From sequence record SRR20825006_1005: 64,000 nt of DNA. One strand, given 5' to 3'. A program made the translations under genes and the position numbers. The notes under the pieces are model-generated. The model did no database searches and was not told where the DNA came from. It was given only the letters and a program-made list of their open reading frames with translations. This document shows positions 22,146 to 32,104 of the stretch, piece after piece (position 1 is the stretch's first letter; every line of letters begins with the position of its first letter).

Positions 22146-24899
22146 TTAGAAGCCGAAGATTGGGGCCTTGGGTTGTTCCTTCAGTGGCATGCCACAATCA
22201 GGAGTCGGGCACAGGGCGTTCGATGTTGTGACACCGCAATCGATTAGTCCTCCTTCGGACGTTCCGACCAAACCGAGCAAGTATTCAGGCTCGATTGGGC
22301 CTGGATCAATCCAAAGTCCATCGGGTGTCAGTTCCATCGTGCCAAGGTCGAGATCCAATCCGCGGCGAACGACTTCGAAGTTGACGAAGATGTTCAGCAG
22401 CGAGTTTTGCGAGTCCAGCAAGTCACCCAGTGCCGAGATCGTATCGCGAGCCGCGGTGGGACCGCTGTTCAACCCGCGAGCATCTCGGAACGACCGAATG
22501 TCTTCGTTGAGTTCCAACTGATTCGCGGCGATGCGAACTGATTGGCGTCCCAGTTCGAAGTTGATTCGGTTGGCTTGAAGTTGACGAATGCTTGAGCGAA
22601 GGCCCTGCCACACGCTGTCTTCAAAGTTGTAGTACGACCGTTTGGCTTGTTCGTATTCGATCAAGGCTTGGCGATACGTGTTGCGTTCTTGAAGTCGAGT
22701 GATCGGGGCGTCCCAACGAAGCCCAATTCGAAGGCTGGTGTTGTCATTGTTGGGAAGGTCCGTGACCGCCGCACGACTGACTCCGCCGGAGACCACCAAG
22801 TCCAAATCGCTTTCGAGATCGTCTGCGAAGAATTCGATGCGACGATAGGTGTCCACCAACGCGGCTCGAGCGTTCGCCCAGTCACGACGGTTTACACGGG
22901 CAATTTGAAGTGCCTCGGCGGGATTGATTTCGACTTCGGGTAGCAACAGCGATTCCACCCGAGCACGGGCTTGGATCAGTTGCAATGCCAGTACGTCTTC
23001 ACCCAAATTGGCCAATAGGTCTTGGCTAGCGAGAATCACTTCGCCGCGAACTTGAGAGGCAATCTCAACTCCGTTGTCGGATTGTGGGCCGGTTGCGAGG
23101 AAGACGTCGATGCGGTCGTTGAGTTGCTTCACAGCGACCTTGTAAGCATCGAGTCGACTTGAGATCTCGCGGAACTGAGAATCCAATTCCTCGCCAAGTT
23201 CCAGCACAGGATCCAAGTCGAAGATGGATTCATCAACCGTTTCGATGCCCAGCAGCGAACACACGGTCGCTTGTTCTTCGCGGTAGAGTTCCAGCAGAGA
23301 ATCGGTTTGGTTCTTTCGTTCAGGAATGAGTTCTGCCAATCGCTTCAGATCTTCTTCCACGCGAGGCAAGTCTTCGTTGATCAGTTCTTCTGTGAATTGC
23401 GAAAGAGGTTTGACCGAGGCGCGAAGTTGTTCGATCAAGCGAATGGTCTGGTCGTTCCAAGCGAGCTTGGTCTCGGGCAGGCCTGTTTCCTGATTCAACG
23501 AGCTTTCGCTTGATTCCAGTAGGCCAATATTGATTTGGCCGACAGCCAATCGGACTTCGATCAACTGTTCCCGGCGGTTGCGAAGGGTGCGGTCAATCAA
23601 CTCGAAACGTTCCAGCATCGGGTCGTTGATTTCCACGCAGATGTAGGGTGGCAAACCAAGATCCCGCAAGAACGAGTCGACTGAGTTTTGGTAGCCAACG
23701 CGTCGCGAAACCAATGAGCTTTGTGAGTTCAACAACGCGGATCGTGCTTGTGCAATTTGCAAACGTTGACGAATGATGGCTTCGGGGTCATCGGGGATTG
23801 TCGTCAACAGTTCGATCAGGGTGTTGTCGAGGATGACCAAGTTTTCACCGAGTCGAGCAATGTTCTCTTCCAAGTTGCGGATTTGCAGTTGGTCTTGCAG
23901 CAAACCAATGAAGCCGCCGGCTTGGGGCACGCCTCCACCTCCGCCGCCACCCAGGTTGGCGAATCCAGAATCGAATCCCGTGAAGGCACCGGTGTTGGCC
24001 GAGAATGTACCGCCCGAACGACTGACACTGCTGTCGTTGTTTCTGCCTGTGACGATGTCGAGGTAGAAGCCGCGACGGAATCGTTCGAAGTTTCGGACAT
24101 TGGCGAGCAGTCGACGTTCGGACAGCGTCAGCAATTCCATGATGCGATCACGGCCGGCACCTCTGAGGAGCGGTTGCAGCAGTGTGAAGTCCAGGACCGT
24201 CGATGTGGTTCGGGTGTCCGGTCCACTCAGGTTCCAGACAACTTCGTTGGCAAAGTTGACCAACAAGTTGGCTCCGGTCGCGAACTGACGACGAAGTGCC
24301 ACGTCGCCTCCGACGCTGGTGACCGAATCGGAATCGCGAAAGGCTCCAAAGCGTTGGTCGTTTTGGTTGAACGATGCTCCGGCACCAGCAAAGTATTGTG
24401 TGTCGAACTGAAACCGCTGGCTTGAGACATCCAGAGCCGACAAATACAGCTGTTCCATTTGACGTTGATAGTCAGGCGAATGCAGCAACGCGATTTTGAC
24501 CGCGTTCTCGGAATTGAGTTCCAGGATGCCGTCCTCATTGAGCGGCAAGAATTGCCACCAATCGGGACTTTCGGCATTGTTCGTTAGCCCATTTGCTTCC
24601 CACATCGGATAGCCTCGTCGGCCATCGACGCACTGCATGTACCGGCTCGAGGCAGGGTCATCCAACGGCATCGGTTGGAAATCGAGATCGAATGGGTTGA
24701 ACATTCGGCTGCGTCGGTCCAGTTCGATCCGGAGCGGTGCGTTGACCGGGCGCGAGACGTGCGAGGCTTTCTCGTCCATCAAGGCGTAAGCCTCGTTGTC
24801 TGCCTGTTTGCGATAATGTGTGCGGTTGCACCCCATCGCGGCGGGCAGAAGCACGGATGCGGTGAGTAGCCAAATGGATGATATTTTTCGCATGGTCAC
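22146..24899 (-). CDS. TolC/outer-membrane-efflux-family-like lipoprotein with large helical insertion
   Basis: Lipobox-like AAMG|C. OEP-type segments AVKIALLHSPDYQ, LDFTLLQPLLRGAG, ALQIARVNRRD and IGLRWDAPITRLQERNTYR. Confidence 0.7.
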   Translation of the reverse strand: MTMRKISSIWLLTASVLLPAAMGCNRTHYRKQADNEAYALMDEKASHVSRPVNAPLRIELDRRSRMFNPFDLDFQPMPLDDPASSRYMQCVDGRRGYPMWEANGLTNNAESPDWWQFLPLNEDGILELNSENAVKIALLHSPDYQRQMEQLYLSALDVSSQRFQFDTQYFAGAGASFNQNDQRFGAFRDSDSVTSVGGDVALRRQFATGANLLVNFANEVVWNLSGPDTRTTSTVLDFTLLQPLLRGAGRDRIMELLTLSERRLLANVRNFERFRRGFYLDIVTGRNNDSSVSRSGGTFSANTGAFTGFDSGFANLGGGGGGGVPQAGGFIGLLQDQLQIRNLEENIARLGENLVILDNTLIELLTTIPDDPEAIIRQRLQIAQARSALLNSQSSLVSRRVGYQNSVDSFLRDLGLPPYICVEINDPMLERFELIDRTLRNRREQLIEVRLAVGQINIGLLESSESSLNQETGLPETKLAWNDQTIRLIEQLRASVKPLSQFTEELINEDLPRVEEDLKRLAELIPERKNQTDSLLELYREEQATVCSLLGIETVDESIFDLDPVLELGEELDSQFREISSRLDAYKVAVKQLNDRIDVFLATGPQSDNGVEIASQVRGEVILASQDLLANLGEDVLALQLIQARARVESLLLPEVEINPAEALQIARVNRRDWANARAALVDTYRRIEFFADDLESDLDLVVSGGVSRAAVTDLPNNDNTSLRIGLRWDAPITRLQERNTYRQALIEYEQAKRSYYNFEDSVWQGLRSSIRQLQANRINFELGRQSVRIAANQLELNEDIRSFRDARGLNSGPTAARDTISALGDLLDSQNSLLNIFVNFEVVRRGLDLDLGTMELTPDGLWIDPGPIEPEYLLGLVGTSEGGLIDCGVTTSNALCPTPDCGMPLKEQPKAPIFGF

Positions 24900-25214
24900 G
24901 ATCGATCGCCTTCGGAGACCTGGATGTTCGGTACACGCCTTCGGGTCGGTACCGACGTGTTCACAGGATCATTTCGGACGATGCGGGCGATCGGCTTGAC
25001 CGGCAAGTCGGTGCATATCGCGCGAACCGCTTCAATCGGCGCCCCGTCGTGAGGGATGTTCCGGTTATGCCGATCGGTCGGTCAAAGCGACCGTCGCGGA
25101 CGACCGGAACGGAAAACTTGATGAAAATTCTCCAAGCCGGCGTTGGACTGGATTAAGCTAACGCGTCAAGGATCCCTATCTGGTAGTTCTGCCGCTTCTC
25201 TATCTATCGCTCTG

Positions 25215-26681
25215 ATGCAGTACGTACTTCTCCTCGTTCTGATTGTCGTCGTGATCGCCCAGGCCATTTTGGTCTGGAAAGCGGCACCACACTGGCGGTG
25301 GTATCAGATCACTCCGGTCGTCATCACAACGATTTTGGCCGTGATTTTCGTGTTTCCCGTTGCTGGAGCCCTGAAAAGTCGCTCTGAATGGCACAAAGTC
25401 AAAGAGGATCTGGAAACTCGGCTCGCATCCGTGGAAGCGGAGCAATTGGAACTTCGTTATGGCGATCCAAACGATCCGTTGTCCGGGGAAGGTGTCCTGC
25501 CGATGGCCCAGAAATTGGCCAAATTGGGCACAGAGGCTGGTCGACGTTGGAGAGGTCTGCGGCTGACAAACGCGAATTTCACTAATGGTGGGCAGATCGT
25601 TTTGACGAACCCCCAACCGGAGGAGCCCGTCGACGGTTTGCCTCAGGATCCGGTGGAAGAGGCCGATGCCAATGCGAATCCGCTGCCGTTGATCCCCGAT
25701 GGTTTGGTTGTTTATGGGTTTGCCGAAGGGCAGCAACCGAACTTGGAAGTTCTTGTCCCGGTGTTTTACCTCGGTGAATTCCGAGTCACTGCGACATCAC
25801 CGACTCAAGTCACGTTGCAACCGACTGCTCCCTTGTTGCCTCAGCAGCGACAGGCGATCGAGAGTCGCCAAGCGAGCAGTTGGTCGGTTTACGAACTGCT
25901 TCCTTTGGATGGTCACGAGCCATTCATTGCCGAAGGAAGCGTCGAAGACGACAACAATGTATTCGGCCGAATCGATGACGAGCTGGTCAATCGTTTGTTG
26001 AACAATCCAATGTCCGCCCAATCGCGGGCTGAATACCTTCGCGACGGAACTCGATCACTGCCCGATGACGAGCCGCTGACCAAATGGGTCAAAATCGAAT
26101 TCACTAAGAACCACGAGATTGTAGTCGACAGCCCCGATCAACGCGGTGCTCTCGACGGAGGTTTCTTCGATGGCAGCGGACGTGCCGTGGACAGTCGTCT
26201 GCAGCATGGTGACAGCGGCAAGGTCAAGTTCTCCAAAGACGACATCCTGATCGTTCAAGAGGAAGCCGCCGACTCCTTGATTGACGCGGATGTCGCTCGT
26301 CTGATCGACACCTATTACATCCGCCCGCTCAACGATTATCGCTTTGTTTTGCGACGCATTCGTTTGCGTTTGGCTGAGCTTCAGACGCGGACCAAGGAAT
26401 TGACGTACGAAAACGAAGTGCTTCAGCGGGCAATCGATGCGACGGTGAACATGAAAGCGGCGGCTCAAGGTGAGAAGCTGAAATTGGAGCAAGATTTCGA
26501 GCAGACAGAAATCGAACGCAAAGCTTTGGAAGTTTATAACGCAAAGCTGGAAAGCGTCGTGAAAAAGACACGCCAAGAACTGGTCAAGCTTTATCGAAGC
26601 AATCAGCAACTTGAGAAAGAGTTGCAGATGTTTCACGAAGCGATTGCCAAACCCGGCGAATCGCTCACTTCCGTTCGCTAA
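25215..26681 (+). CDS. Hypothetical membrane-anchored protein (2 N-terminal TM helices, C-terminal coiled coil)
   Basis: Long ORF with two hydrophobic helices after MQYV and a heptad-rich C-terminal ~100 aa. Confidence 0.75.
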   Translation: MQYVLLLVLIVVVIAQAILVWKAAPHWRWYQITPVVITTILAVIFVFPVAGALKSRSEWHKVKEDLETRLASVEAEQLELRYGDPNDPLSGEGVLPMAQKLAKLGTEAGRRWRGLRLTNANFTNGGQIVLTNPQPEEPVDGLPQDPVEEADANANPLPLIPDGLVVYGFAEGQQPNLEVLVPVFYLGEFRVTATSPTQVTLQPTAPLLPQQRQAIESRQASSWSVYELLPLDGHEPFIAEGSVEDDNNVFGRIDDELVNRLLNNPMSAQSRAEYLRDGTRSLPDDEPLTKWVKIEFTKNHEIVVDSPDQRGALDGGFFDGSGRAVDSRLQHGDSGKVKFSKDDILIVQEEAADSLIDADVARLIDTYYIRPLNDYRFVLRRIRLRLAELQTRTKELTYENEVLQRAIDATVNMKAAAQGEKLKLEQDFEQTEIERKALEVYNAKLESVVKKTRQELVKLYRSNQQLEKELQMFHEAIAKPGESLTSVR

Positions 26682-26790
26682 TTTGGCCGGTTTGGTGCTC
26701 TGCATTAAACCAACCGTGGGCTTGAATTGCCCACTTGGTATCTTCTGTCCAAGCTAACGCGTTGACTTGGACCGCACCGGAGGCGGCAGC

Positions 26791-27693
26791 CTAATTGCTT
26801 GCCGCCTGCATCTTGGCGGCCATCAGTGTGTTGTGCAGCAACATTGCGATGGTCAGCGGTCCGACTCCGCCAGGAACGGGTGTGATCGCCGAAGCGACTG
26901 CTTCCGCTTCGTCAAACGCGACGTCCCCCACTAATTTGTCGCCAACACGATTGATCCCAACGTCGATGACGACGGCTCCGGGCTGGATCATCTCTGCCGT
27001 GATCATTTCGGGGCGTCCAATCGCCGCAATCAGAATGTCAGCTTGGCGGCAGATCTCGGTCAGATTGGATGTGCGACTGTGAGCGATCGTCACTGTCGCA
27101 TTGGCGACGGCGGGGCCACAGGTGCTGTCCTTTTGTGCCAGCATCATTGCCATCGGTTTGCCGACGATGTCACTGCGACCAACCACGACGACGTGTTTCC
27201 CGCTGGTTTCAATCCCCGTGCGATGCAGTAGCTGGACGATGCCATGCGGGGTGCAGGGCAGAAATCGCGGACGTCCCTGCATGAGCAGTCCGACGTTGAC
27301 TGGCGAAAACGCATCGACATCTTTGATGGGATCAATCGCGTCCAGGACAGCCCGTTCGTCAATTCCGGTGCCGCCGTTGGCTTTGGAAGGCAAAGGCAAT
27401 TGAACCAGAATGCCACTGACAGCCGGATCGGCGTTCAGTTCAGCCACCTTGGCCAGTAGTTCGGCTTGAGTGGTTGCGGCGGGCATCCGGTCCAGTCGGC
27501 TGGCAATTCCGGCTTTCGCACAAGCTCGTTCTTTGTTTCGTACGTAAACCTGGCTGGCAGGGTCTTCTCCGACCAGAACCGCCGCCAATTGGGGAGGGGG
27601 ATTCCCGCCTGAAACAAACGTTTCGACGTCAGCAGCGACTTCGCTGCGAATTTCCGCGGCAATCTTCTTGCCATCCAGTCGCGTTGCGGGCAT
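26791..27693 (-). CDS. folD: Bifunctional methylenetetrahydrofolate dehydrogenase/cyclohydrolase
   Basis: LDGKKIA, PASQVYVRNK, GILVQLPLP, KDVD, PCTP, GRSDIVGKP, DVGINR and TPVPGGVGPLT. Start at MPATRL (27693). Confidence 0.97.
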   Translation of the reverse strand: MPATRLDGKKIAAEIRSEVAADVETFVSGGNPPPQLAAVLVGEDPASQVYVRNKERACAKAGIASRLDRMPAATTQAELLAKVAELNADPAVSGILVQLPLPSKANGGTGIDERAVLDAIDPIKDVDAFSPVNVGLLMQGRPRFLPCTPHGIVQLLHRTGIETSGKHVVVVGRSDIVGKPMAMMLAQKDSTCGPAVANATVTIAHSRTSNLTEICRQADILIAAIGRPEMITAEMIQPGAVVIDVGINRVGDKLVGDVAFDEAEAVASAITPVPGGVGPLTIAMLLHNTLMAAKMQAASN

Positions 27694-27823
27694 CCCGGGG
27701 CCTTGATTTGGCGTAAGTCGACGAAAGGTCGACGTGGTGAAAAATTGGAATTGTCGGTATAAAGAGCCGAACACGAACCTTCGGTCCTTTGACCGACGCA
27801 AATCACACAGGATTTTTGACTCG

Positions 27824-29605
27824 ATGTCTACCGACGCTTCCGAAACGAATGCCGCACCGACCGACGCGCCCGCGAAGCCGATCAAGCTCAGCCCGGTCGA
27901 AAAGATCAAGCAAGAAAGCGGTTTCCTGAAGGGTTCGATTGATGTCGAGCTGGCAGATCCAGTTGATCATTTCGACAATGCCAACATTCAGCTGCTGAAA
28001 TTCCACGGCACGTACCAACAGGACGACCGTGACAAACGAGCCGAACTGAAGAAGTCGGGTGGCGGCAAAGCTTACTCGATGATGATCCGTTGCCGGATCC
28101 CCGGCGGGCGTTTGAGCTCGGATCAATTGGTCGCGCATTTGGACATGTGCGATGAACTGGGCGACTCGACGCTGAAAATCACCACGCGTCAAACGCTGCA
28201 ATTGCACGGCATTTTGAAGGGCGATCTTCGTGAGACGATTCGCCGCATCAACGAGGTCGAGCTTTCGACGCTGGCTGCCTGCGGCGACGTGAACCGAAAC
28301 ATCATGTGCTGCCCCGCCAAACGAGTCGGTGGCATCCACGCTCAGCTCAACGAATTCACGGACGAGTTGACCGAGGCTCTCGCGCCCCAAACACCTGCTT
28401 ACCACGAACTTTGGCTGACTGACCCCGACACCGGTGAGAAGACGTTGGCCGGCGGTGGTGAACCCGAGGCATCAAGTGCTCCGGTCATCGATGAACCCTT
28501 GTACGGACCGACCTATCTGCCGCGGAAGTTCAAGGTTGGCATCGCGCTGCCGGATGACAACTGCATCGACATCTACACGCAGGACCTCGGGTTCTTGGCC
28601 GTGATCCGTGATGGGCAAATCATTGGTTACAACGTTTCGGTCGGCGGTGGCATGGGCCGCACTCCAAGTGCCAAGAAAACATTCCCCGCTCTCGCGAAAC
28701 GCATGGCGTTTGTGACGCCGGAGCAAGCGATCGATGTCGCCAAGGCGGTCATCATCGTCCAGCGTGACAACGGCAATCGAAGCGACCGCAAGGTGGCTCG
28801 TTTGAAGTACCTGATTGCGGATTGGGGCATCGAGAAATTCCGAGCCGAAGTCGAGAAGGTATTCGGCGGACCTCTCGCTGATTGCACCGAAGACGACGTG
28901 CACGAGTTCGACGACCACATGGGTTGGCAGGAACAGGGCGATGGCAAATTGTCCTACGGCCTGAACATCGAAAACGGCCGCTTGTACGACAATGAGCAGG
29001 TTCAAGTGAAAGCAGCGATTCGAGCCGTTTGTGCTCGTTTCAATCGCGAAATTCGTTTGACCAGCCATCAAAGCATGATCTTCTGCGACATCGATCCTTC
29101 TGAGAAAGAAGAACTGATCGAAATCTTGAAGTCACACGGTCTTCGCACCACAGAAGAAACCAGCACGGTTCGTCGTTGGTCGATCGCGTGTGTTGCTTTG
29201 CCGACTTGTGGTTTGGCGATCACGGAATCCGAACGTCGTTTGCCAAGCATCATCGATTCGATCGAAGAGCCTTTGGCCAAGTTGGGACTCAGCAATGAAC
29301 GATTCACGATTCGTATGACAGGCTGCCCCAACGGCTGTGCTCGTCCTTACAACGCGGATTTGGCTTTGGTCGGTCGTGCGGTCGGGAAGTACACGCTGTT
29401 CGCCGGTGGAGGATGGTTGGGCAACCGTTTGGCCTACATCTACAAGGATCAGGTCAAGGACGAAGACGTGACCGCCGAGCTGACGGGAATCTTCGCCGCG
29501 TTCAAAGCCAACCGTGAAGAAGGCGAATCGCTTGGTACGTTCTGCGATCGCGTGGGGGCAGAGAAGTTGGCTGAGTTGGCCGAAGCCGCTCCACTTCCTG
29601 CCTGA
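27824..29605 (+). CDS. Assimilatory sulfite reductase hemoprotein (siroheme/[4Fe-4S]; Sir/CysI family)
   Basis: LLKFHGTYQQDDRD, TTRQTLQLHG, ACGDVNRN, YLPRKFK, ACVALPTCGLA and TGCPNGCAR (four Cys ligands). Confidence 0.95.
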   Translation: MSTDASETNAAPTDAPAKPIKLSPVEKIKQESGFLKGSIDVELADPVDHFDNANIQLLKFHGTYQQDDRDKRAELKKSGGGKAYSMMIRCRIPGGRLSSDQLVAHLDMCDELGDSTLKITTRQTLQLHGILKGDLRETIRRINEVELSTLAACGDVNRNIMCCPAKRVGGIHAQLNEFTDELTEALAPQTPAYHELWLTDPDTGEKTLAGGGEPEASSAPVIDEPLYGPTYLPRKFKVGIALPDDNCIDIYTQDLGFLAVIRDGQIIGYNVSVGGGMGRTPSAKKTFPALAKRMAFVTPEQAIDVAKAVIIVQRDNGNRSDRKVARLKYLIADWGIEKFRAEVEKVFGGPLADCTEDDVHEFDDHMGWQEQGDGKLSYGLNIENGRLYDNEQVQVKAAIRAVCARFNREIRLTSHQSMIFCDIDPSEKEELIEILKSHGLRTTEETSTVRRWSIACVALPTCGLAITESERRLPSIIDSIEEPLAKLGLSNERFTIRMTGCPNGCARPYNADLALVGRAVGKYTLFAGGGWLGNRLAYIYKDQVKDEDVTAELTGIFAAFKANREEGESLGTFCDRVGAEKLAELAEAAPLPA

Positions 29606-29659
29606 TCCGGTGACAGGCGGGCTTTGAAAAAGACCGCTCAACCAAAAACTCTTGAAACG

Positions 29660-29697
29660 ACAAACGGCTTGGTGAATGCACCAAGCCGTTTGTTTTT
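29660..29697. terminator. Intrinsic terminator between convergent genes
   Basis: Perfect stem ACAAACGGCTTGGTG-aatg-CACCAAGCCGTTTGT followed by a T-run. Confidence 0.85.
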
Positions 29698-29759
29698 GAG
29701 TGATGGGGGCGGTCGTGATCACATTGCGATGTCAGTGACCGCGAATCGCATCGATTGAC

Positions 29760-31604
29760 TCAGCAGATGGAATTCTTTGTTCCGCCGGATGCGGTCCGTG
29801 CAGCATCGGGATCCTCATCGCTGGGAGCATTGTCGTCGGGTGATGAGCCCGGAGGGTTCTGCACGTTTGGGTTGGCCTCGATCACCGTTTTCAAGACGTC
29901 GATCAGTTGGTCTAGCCGGAACGGTTTGAAAAGCACCGCTTTGGGATGCAGACCATTTTGCTTGGCTTTGACGATGGAGTGACCTGGGTCATATCCAAAC
30001 CCGGTCATCAAAATCATTGGCACATGAGCCATGACCTTTTCCAAACGCAGCATCAGTTGGTACCCGCTGTAATCGGGCAGTTTGATGTCGCTGATGATCG
30101 CATCGTAGCTGTCGTCGCCCGCACTCCGACGAACCATCAAAACCGCCTCGTCGCCTTCGTGAGCGGTTTCGACGACACATCCGTAGCGTTCAAGCAATTG
30201 GTGGGCGTCTTCGCGAACTTGTTCATCGTGATCGACCACTAAAATTCGACGGCCACGAAGAATGGCGTTTTGATCCAGTTTTTCGTCCGCGGGAACGGCT
30301 TCCAAAGGAGTCATCTTTTGACCGATCTGCTGGATCGTTCGTTTGATGTCCCGAGAGTTTTGCAGGATTCGGCGAAGGCGATCCATCACTTCGGGGCTGT
30401 GTCCGATGTAGCCTTCCATGACGTGAACGGCGTCGTTCAAAATTGCATCGACTGGCAAGGCAACCGCACTGTGAATCGCGTCACAGCTTTGCTGGGCGGT
30501 GTTGGCCTTTTGCGCGACCAGCAGTTCCAGCGTATTGAGTGCGAAGGCAATGTCACGGGCGAAAATCTCCAGGAACTGCAGGTCACTATCGCTGAATGCC
30601 GCAACGTCCGGGCTTTCGACGTTGATCGTGCCGAGCACCTGATCGTGAAGGACCAAAGGCACCGTCAGGGAACTGCGAGCGTCCGCGACGCCTGGGATGA
30701 ACAACGGGTCGTTCTGAACGTCGTGACAAACGTAACTGACGCCACTGGCGGCAACGTAGCCGGTGATGCCGTTCTCGCGAGGATGAGCGGATAGTCGGCG
30801 GTCTGAGGCTTCTTCGTCGATGCCGACGCTGAGCAAGGGAATGAGATCGCCAGTGGTTTGTTCCAGCACGCGAATCTCGATGACTTCGAAATTGAGCAGG
30901 TCACTGAGGTAGTGCTGGATGTTGTCCTTCAAGAGATCAATTCGGTCGTCGACCTCCATCATGAAAATTTCATTTGGACGCAGATCCGCTAATTCGCGAC
31001 CGGCCTGGTGGATTGCCGCCAATTTTTGTTGCTGAAGGATCTCGTCGGTGATCTCGCCGACCGTGACGATCAGGTTTCGCGGTGACTCGGCCGAGCGGAC
31101 CGGCGCGGCGTGAACTTGGAAATATTGGTTGTCCATGCTGTGAAGCGTGGAGCTGCTTTCGTCTCCGGTCGCCAGCGCAGTATGGAACGGACAGAAATCC
31201 GGTCCCATGATCTCGGGATTGTGCAGCAACTCGTAGAACGTCATTCCAAGTGGCGTTCCCGAGGGGCGGCCCGCCCACTGCAGCAGACGATGGTTCGCCC
31301 AGATCACGCGAAGATCCGCATCGAGCAACGCGACACCTTCGGGCATATCACGGAGCATCAGTCCGCTTTGCATCATTCCGCGTATTTCTGAGGTTTGCGG
31401 AAGACTGCTGCGGCTCATCCAAATGCCGGCCACGTCTTCTTCTTCGAGCAATGGGAACGCGTCCACAATTGACTCGCAAAACACCCATTCGATGTCGGGT
31501 GATTGTGTTCCCTCAGCCGAGCTGTCGCCTTGCAGCAACGCTTCTGGCAGCGAGGATCGATCCGGAGGCGAATTTGGGGCGCCGACACAGATGACCTTTG
31601 GCAT
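29760..31604 (-). CDS. PAS-GAF-(HisKA-like)-REC signalling protein
   Basis: PAS (DMPEGVALLDADLRVIWAN), GAF (GITGYVAASG...SSLTVPLVLHDQVLGTINVES...AFSDSD) and REC (ILVVD, ISDIKLPDYSG, MTG, FKP). Confidence 0.88.
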   Translation of the reverse strand: MPKVICVGAPNSPPDRSSLPEALLQGDSSAEGTQSPDIEWVFCESIVDAFPLLEEEDVAGIWMSRSSLPQTSEIRGMMQSGLMLRDMPEGVALLDADLRVIWANHRLLQWAGRPSGTPLGMTFYELLHNPEIMGPDFCPFHTALATGDESSSTLHSMDNQYFQVHAAPVRSAESPRNLIVTVGEITDEILQQQKLAAIHQAGRELADLRPNEIFMMEVDDRIDLLKDNIQHYLSDLLNFEVIEIRVLEQTTGDLIPLLSVGIDEEASDRRLSAHPRENGITGYVAASGVSYVCHDVQNDPLFIPGVADARSSLTVPLVLHDQVLGTINVESPDVAAFSDSDLQFLEIFARDIAFALNTLELLVAQKANTAQQSCDAIHSAVALPVDAILNDAVHVMEGYIGHSPEVMDRLRRILQNSRDIKRTIQQIGQKMTPLEAVPADEKLDQNAILRGRRILVVDHDEQVREDAHQLLERYGCVVETAHEGDEAVLMVRRSAGDDSYDAIISDIKLPDYSGYQLMLRLEKVMAHVPMILMTGFGYDPGHSIVKAKQNGLHPKAVLFKPFRLDQLIDVLKTVIEANPNVQNPPGSSPDDNAPSDEDPDAARTASGGTKNSIC

Positions 31605-32104
31605 GGATCTTACCTCCCCCCCGTTTCAATCTTGACCGTTGGCTGGGTCGTGCAAACAGTGTTTCAGTAACGTCGTCTTTCACGCCCGGTTTGGGAACCA
31701 CATCCCGGAAATTTTTACAGAATTCCTTTGGGTTTCATTCCCGCCTCTCATTCTACGCATGAATCAATCGTCCAGGTTGAATGCGATTTATACGCGTGTC
31801 GGTGCTGTTAGACCTTGGAGCTTCGCAGAAAAAGAGTTTTGTGAAATTTTGCGAAGCGGTGCGCGTTTGATGTCAGTTTCACGCTTACTCTCACTGCATC
31901 GATCCTGGGAGAATAGGTTTTCTGGGACGACTGAACAAAAACTAAGCTTTATCGGGCTGATTGATTCGCCTCATTGTTGACACTGCCAACCTTGTACCTA
32001 CATTTTGGGGAACGGGCGTTGTCCGCCCAGAGTACGCAGCCGTTAAAGCTTACCCGTGTTTCTTCTGTTGCCTCACTGGCTGTGAGCGTTTTGGAGGTTT
32101 TTTG

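Noticed and set aside
27694-27909. Apparent head-to-head overlap of folD and sulfite reductase ORFs
   Set aside because: An artefact of longest-ORF starts. Family homology begins at 27693 (folD) and about 27824 (sulfite reductase).
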